Positions 59,068 to 64,000 of a stretch of 64,000 nt of DNA are shown here, in pieces. Numbering within the stretch: position 1 is the first letter of the stretch; every line of letters starts with the position of its first letter. Below the pieces are notes generated by a model. That model saw nothing but the letters and a program-made list of their open reading frames with translations. It searched no databases and was not told the origin of the DNA. The position numbers were made by a program, and so were the translations under genes. Source of the stretch: Amoebidium appalachense. Its lineage: Eukaryota > Protista > Ichthyosporea. The stretch spans positions 5,277,502 through 5,341,501 of the forward strand of contig CAVNZM010000015.1 in NCBI GenBank assembly GCA_963693365.1, written 5' to 3'.

Positions 59068-59409
59068 AGCGGGGGGGGGGGGGGGGGGGGGGGGAGGTGC
59101 GGTTTGCAGGGAGATGGGGTGTGAGTGCGTGGGGGGGAAGGGGGGAGGAGGAGGACTGTGTGTGTGGGTGTGCACCTGGGCATGGTGGTGATGGTGGTGT
59201 TGGTGGTGGGAGCGGTTAGAAAAAAAATAAGAAGCAGGCCCTGCTGAGAGCTGTTAGGGGTAGAGTATAGCAGAAATGCACAAAAGGATGTTTGAATCCA
59301 CAGAGCAGGAAACCACTCCAAACGTGCCAAATAAAAGCTGGATCAGGATGGGAAACCGTGTCAGAGTGGCCGGGAGGATAGTAAAATGGATTTTTATGTG
59401 TGTGTGTGT

Positions 59410-59446
<37 letters not shown>

Positions 59447-60257
59447 GAGGGGGGAGGGGGGGGGAGGGGAGGGCATCGGAGAGAAGGGCGCCGGGGGAGG
59501 GAGGGGGTGTGGAATGTGTTTCAAATATCAAAGTATACATTCACAACAGACATTACTGAATGCAGAGTGCAAAGCACACATTAGGCCTTGCGGTATGCAT
59601 AAGGAGCAGATTCCATCTTAGAGGGGAAGGGGGGCGGGTGATGTATGCGTTAGAGGGTTGGAAATATGTAGGAGACAACAAAGAGCAACAACAAAGCGTC
59701 ACAAAGGTGGGAAATCCAAAATTAGACAGTTTAAGCGTGCAGGCAGAAGGCACTTGAACAGAGCCCATCATCAGGGGGGTTCCTGGGGGGGGGGGGGGGG
59801 GGAAGAGGGAGAGAGCCACGGCGGGGATGAGGAGGGGGGAGGGGGTTTAAAGAGAAATTGATACCAGCAGTCGTGCAGCCTCAATATTCATCGCCATATC
59901 GGCTATCATAAAGGCCACGGCCTGATGGTTTGCAATGGGGGTGCCCATAGTCTTCCTCTCAAGCGCATATTTGGCTGCTTCATCCATCGCTCTCTTAGCC
60001 AACCCGACTGCCGCAATTGCAATGAGTGGGCGCGTACGGTCAAACGCTCCCATCGCTATCTTAAACCCTTCCCCTTCCTTTCCCAGCCTGTTTTCAATGG
60101 GCACTTCTACGTCTTCAAACGTCAACCCAACTGTGTTGCTGCATCTCTGCCCCATGTTGATCTCCTTGCGGCCGCGTGTGAGTCCTGGTGAGTCTCCATC
60201 AACAATGAAACCGGTAAATGATTTGCCGGTGGATGCGGACGAGTCCTGTGTGTGTGT

Positions 60258-60291
<34 letters not shown>

Positions 60292-60354
60292 GGGTGAAGG
60301 GGAGGGGGAAGAGTGGGGCGGGCGGGGGGGGGGGGGGGGGGGGGGGGAAGGGGG

Positions 60355-60424
<70 letters not shown>

Positions 60425-60849
60425 ACGGGGGAGGCGAAGATGAGGGGGTGAGGGGATGTGAGATAGAGGGGAAGGGGAGGTCCAAACAGAGAAGAGGGCA
60501 CCAAGGGGCGCCAGGAGGCGGAAGTGGGGGGAGGGGGGGGGGGGGGGGGGGAGGAGGATGCAAAAAAAAAAAAAAAAAAAAAAAGGTCTAGGGGCACACA
60601 GTGGCAACGCAAGTGGGAGGAAAAGTAGATATTTCACTCGGCGTCTCTTTCTATCGATCTCTCCTTCCATCTGTCTGTTTCCCCCATCTTTCCCTTCCTT
60701 TGGATTTTTACACCTGAGGGGCGGGACGGGGGGGGGAAGGGGGGGGGGGGAGATACAAAGTACGAACTAAACATCCATAACGGACAATATAATGCACAGC
60801 GCACACACACACAAATGAGTATACATAATAGCAGGAGCGTAGGGCGTTT

Positions 60850-60880
<31 letters not shown>

Positions 60881-61068
60881 GGGATTAGAGAGGAGGAGGT
60901 ATTCCACTCACAGTCTTAGCAAGCACAAAGTACCAGTTAGCCACCCCCCCGTTCGTGATCCACATCTTCTGCCCGTTGATGACGTACTTGTCCCCCTTGC
61001 GCACAGCAGTGGTCTTGGCCCCCGCTACATCGGATCCTGCACCTGGCTCGGTGACACCATATGCGGCC

Positions 61069-61160
<92 letters not shown>

Positions 61161-61520
61161 GGGGGGGGGGGGAGGGAACGGGGGTCGTGTACATGCGTGT
61201 GTGTGTGTGTGTGTGTGTGTGTTTGGGGGGTTTAGATTGTTTTAGGAAAATCGACATACACCTTCACAACGGGCAACGTGGGAAGGGGGAGGGTGGGAAG
61301 CAAAAGGGGTGGGGTGGTGGTGGTGGTGGGGGTTGGGAGGGGCGGGGGGGAGGAGGGGGGGATTGGGGGGGGAGGATATCGAGACAGGCAGGTTGTAAGA
61401 AGGTTGTGAAGCCTTGAGGGGGTAAGGGGAAAAGGGGTCGGGAAAGGTATATGGCATGGGGGGGTGGGGGGGGTGAGGAACAGTTTGGGGCAGTGTGTGA
61501 GTGTGTTCGTGCGCGCGCGC

Positions 61521-61580
<60 letters not shown>

Positions 61581-64000
61581 TATGTGCATACGCGTGCATG
61601 TGTCTTTCTTTCTTGCTCTCCTCTCTCTCTCTCTGTGGGTGTAAGTGTGTGTGTTTGTCCGTATGTATGTGTCTTTCTCTTACCCCCCCCCCCCCCCCCC
61701 CACACCCACCCACTCTCTCTCTATTCCTCTCCCCCTCCCCATCCCCCCCTCTCTTCTCTGTGTGTGTGTACGTGTGCTTGTCTCGCCCTCGCTGTGTGCG
61801 CGCCACACATCTCTCTGTGTGTGTGCGTGTGTGTGGGTCCCCACTCCCTCTCTCTCTCTGTGCCTGTGCACCTGTGTATCACCCACCATCAAAGGCTCCT
61901 CCGTCATCCTACCCAGATACTTCTTCTTCTGCTCGCTGTTACCAGCCAATATCACGGGCATCTCAGCCAGGTTGTTTGCTTCCATAGCCGTCTGGATCCC
62001 AGTGCACCCATAGGCCAATTCCTCACTCACAAGGCAGGAATCAAGTGTGCCAAGACCAGTGCCGCCAAACTGGGGAAAAAAAGGAGGGGGGAAAGGTTAG
62101 AATATGTTTCAGAAGAGAGGTGGAGGGGAGAAGAGGAGAGTAGAATGTGTTACAGGGGAGAGAGGAGGGGTGGGAAGTTGGGGGGTTTAGAAAGTGTTAC
62201 ATAATACGGCGAACACGTTAAACGGCGGATAACACATTGCACACACAAGGAATATGCATCATAAGCAAAGCCTACCTCTGCGGGGGGCCTAAGGAGAAGA
62301 GGGGCGGGGAGGAGGGAGAAGGAACACATTAGAAGTGGGTCCAAGACACTTAATTATTCAAAGAGGTGAGACGAGTGGGGAGGGGAATGACATATCGATG
62401 GAGGAGAAGAAGGGAATATGGGGGGGAAGGGGGGCAAGGGTGGTGGTGCTCGTGGTGGAGAGAGAGGGGGGGGGGGGGGGGGGGGATGGGGGGCGGGGGG
62501 GAGAGAGAGAGGGAGGGAGAGAGGAAAGGGAGTAAATGAGGCAAATGTATTGATTAAGGAGATTCAGGGGATGGATTTTAGTTAAAAATTGGGGGTGTGC
62601 AACGGATCGAGATCGACCAAATTCCATAATTGATCCAGTCGATCAATTGATGCCGAACTGTCCGAAAGTTAAAGTTGCACAATAAACCCCGCTTAGATCC
62701 TTGACGATTGACCGCATAAACGTTGGGAGAAAATGAAAACTCACTTATAAAGTGGGGGGTAATTGCCTAATAAGATTTTTGTTCGGGGGAGTGGTAGGCC
62801 TCGGTTGAGGTGCCCATCTTTTGCCTAGCATAAGCAATTATGGAGAGGGTAGAAAAGACCCTACGAGGGGCTGGCAATGAAACTCTGTTATGTAATTGCC
62901 CCCCCACTTTATTAGTAGGATTTTATTTTCAGGGCAAATCTATGTGGTCATTCTCTCTGGATCTAGCGTCGAAACTAAGACAGCTTAAAATCAAAAGCCC
63001 CGAAAGTAACTATTTCATCCGGCTCACAGACTGGAATTTGATCGATTCCGATCGATTGGATCCCCCGATCACATTGCCGGCAAACCATCCCCTGAGTCTC
63101 CTTAAAAAGGAGGGGTTCCTTTTTGGTTTAATGGCGGCAGTGGTGGTGGTGGGGGAGGGGGGGAAGGGGGTTTCAAACTAAAAGACAAAAGAATAAACCC
63201 AGGACTCACCTCAGGGGGAATGTGCGTGTTGATGAGACCAAGCTCCCAGCCTGTGGGTGAAAGGGGTTGCAAGGTTAGAACTGAAAGCGCACCCCTTTGG
63301 AAAGCTGGCAGTATGGAAAACAACCTTTTATTATGATGTTTGCAGCTTTTGGTGTTTGGCCAAACATGCATCACCTGAAGTCTGTGTAGTGAAAGATCTC
63401 GGGACAAGGGTCACGGCAACAAGAGCATGTTGAGCACACGGCAGGGAAAGCAGGTGTTCGAGCAGGTGTGTGTCTGCACGTGCACACATATGCATCATAG
63501 CAGGTGATAGGTGTACAAATGAAGGCGAGAGGGTGGGGTGGGGGGGGGGGGGTGGGGGAAGGGGGGGGGGGGGGGGGGGGGGGGGGAAGGCTCTATTAAC
63601 CCCGGCGGGATCGAAGTCGAAATCGCTCAGCTGCCAGAAATAAGACAGAGCTAACCAGAAGTTAAGCTGATGAAAGGGGGTGTGTCTTTATGAGGCGGCG
63701 CGAGGACGGGGGGGAAGGGGGGGGTTTGGGGGGGGGGGGGGGGGGGTTGGGGGGGGGGGGGGGGGGTGGAGGCTGAAGGAAGCACCTACCCTTTTTGATA
63801 ATCTCCCACGGATACTCCATGCTCTTGTCATACTTGGCAGCATTTGGAATCATGTGTTCAGCGGCAAACTTCCTTGCCGTCTCCTTCAATTCTTGGGCCT
63901 CGGGGGAGATGGCAAAGTTGAGCCCAGCAATGCTCCCGTGGATGTCCTCGGAGGACGGCGCGCCGGTGGAGAAAAGCCGCTGTGCGGCAACAGAAAGGGC
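58069..64000 (-). CDS. ACADM: Medium-chain acyl-CoA dehydrogenase, 5' end outside window (exons >64000-63790, 63250-63210, 62069-61887, 61067-60912, 60245-59865, 58964-58779, 58137-58069)
   Basis: Spliced product includes [41 protein letters not shown]|[60 protein letters not shown] and [22 protein letters not shown]|[10 protein letters not shown]. All introns are GT-AG and in phase. Confidence 0.95.
62554..63105. mobile_element. Kolobok-like MITE in an ACADM intron
   Basis: TTAA-GGAGATTCAGGGGATGG ... CCATCCCCTGAGTCTCC-TTAA (17-bp TIR, one mismatch), plus an inner ATCGACCAAATTCC/GGAATTTGATCGAT pair. TTAA TSD with RR termini is the Kolobok pattern. Confidence 0.8.

Overview
This is eukaryotic, intron-rich genomic DNA, probably from a unicellular opisthokont, though the taxon cannot be determined from sequence alone. 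Introns and intergenic DNA are swollen with poly-C/poly-G and (CA)n/(GT)n tracts, so most ORF-track entries are microsatellite artefacts. Hand-spliced host genes are a beta-carbonic anhydrase (+), a secreted protein with four EGF domains (-), an MBD4-like DNA glycosylase with a probable PWWP-like N-terminus (+), a medium-chain acyl-CoA dehydrogenase (-, 5' end outside the window) and two unassigned spliced genes. Mobile DNA includes two near-identical, inverted Ty1/copia elements that keep Gag-protease-integrase but share a deletion of reverse transcriptase. There is also a tRNA-headed SINE with a target-site duplication, several TTAA-flanked MITEs and a 36/42-bp minisatellite. Removing the second copia copy restores an intronless ORF of about 380 aa that looks like a tandem-OB-fold ssDNA-binding protein with an acidic tail. 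All alignments, splice models and domain calls were made by eye; no database searches were run.
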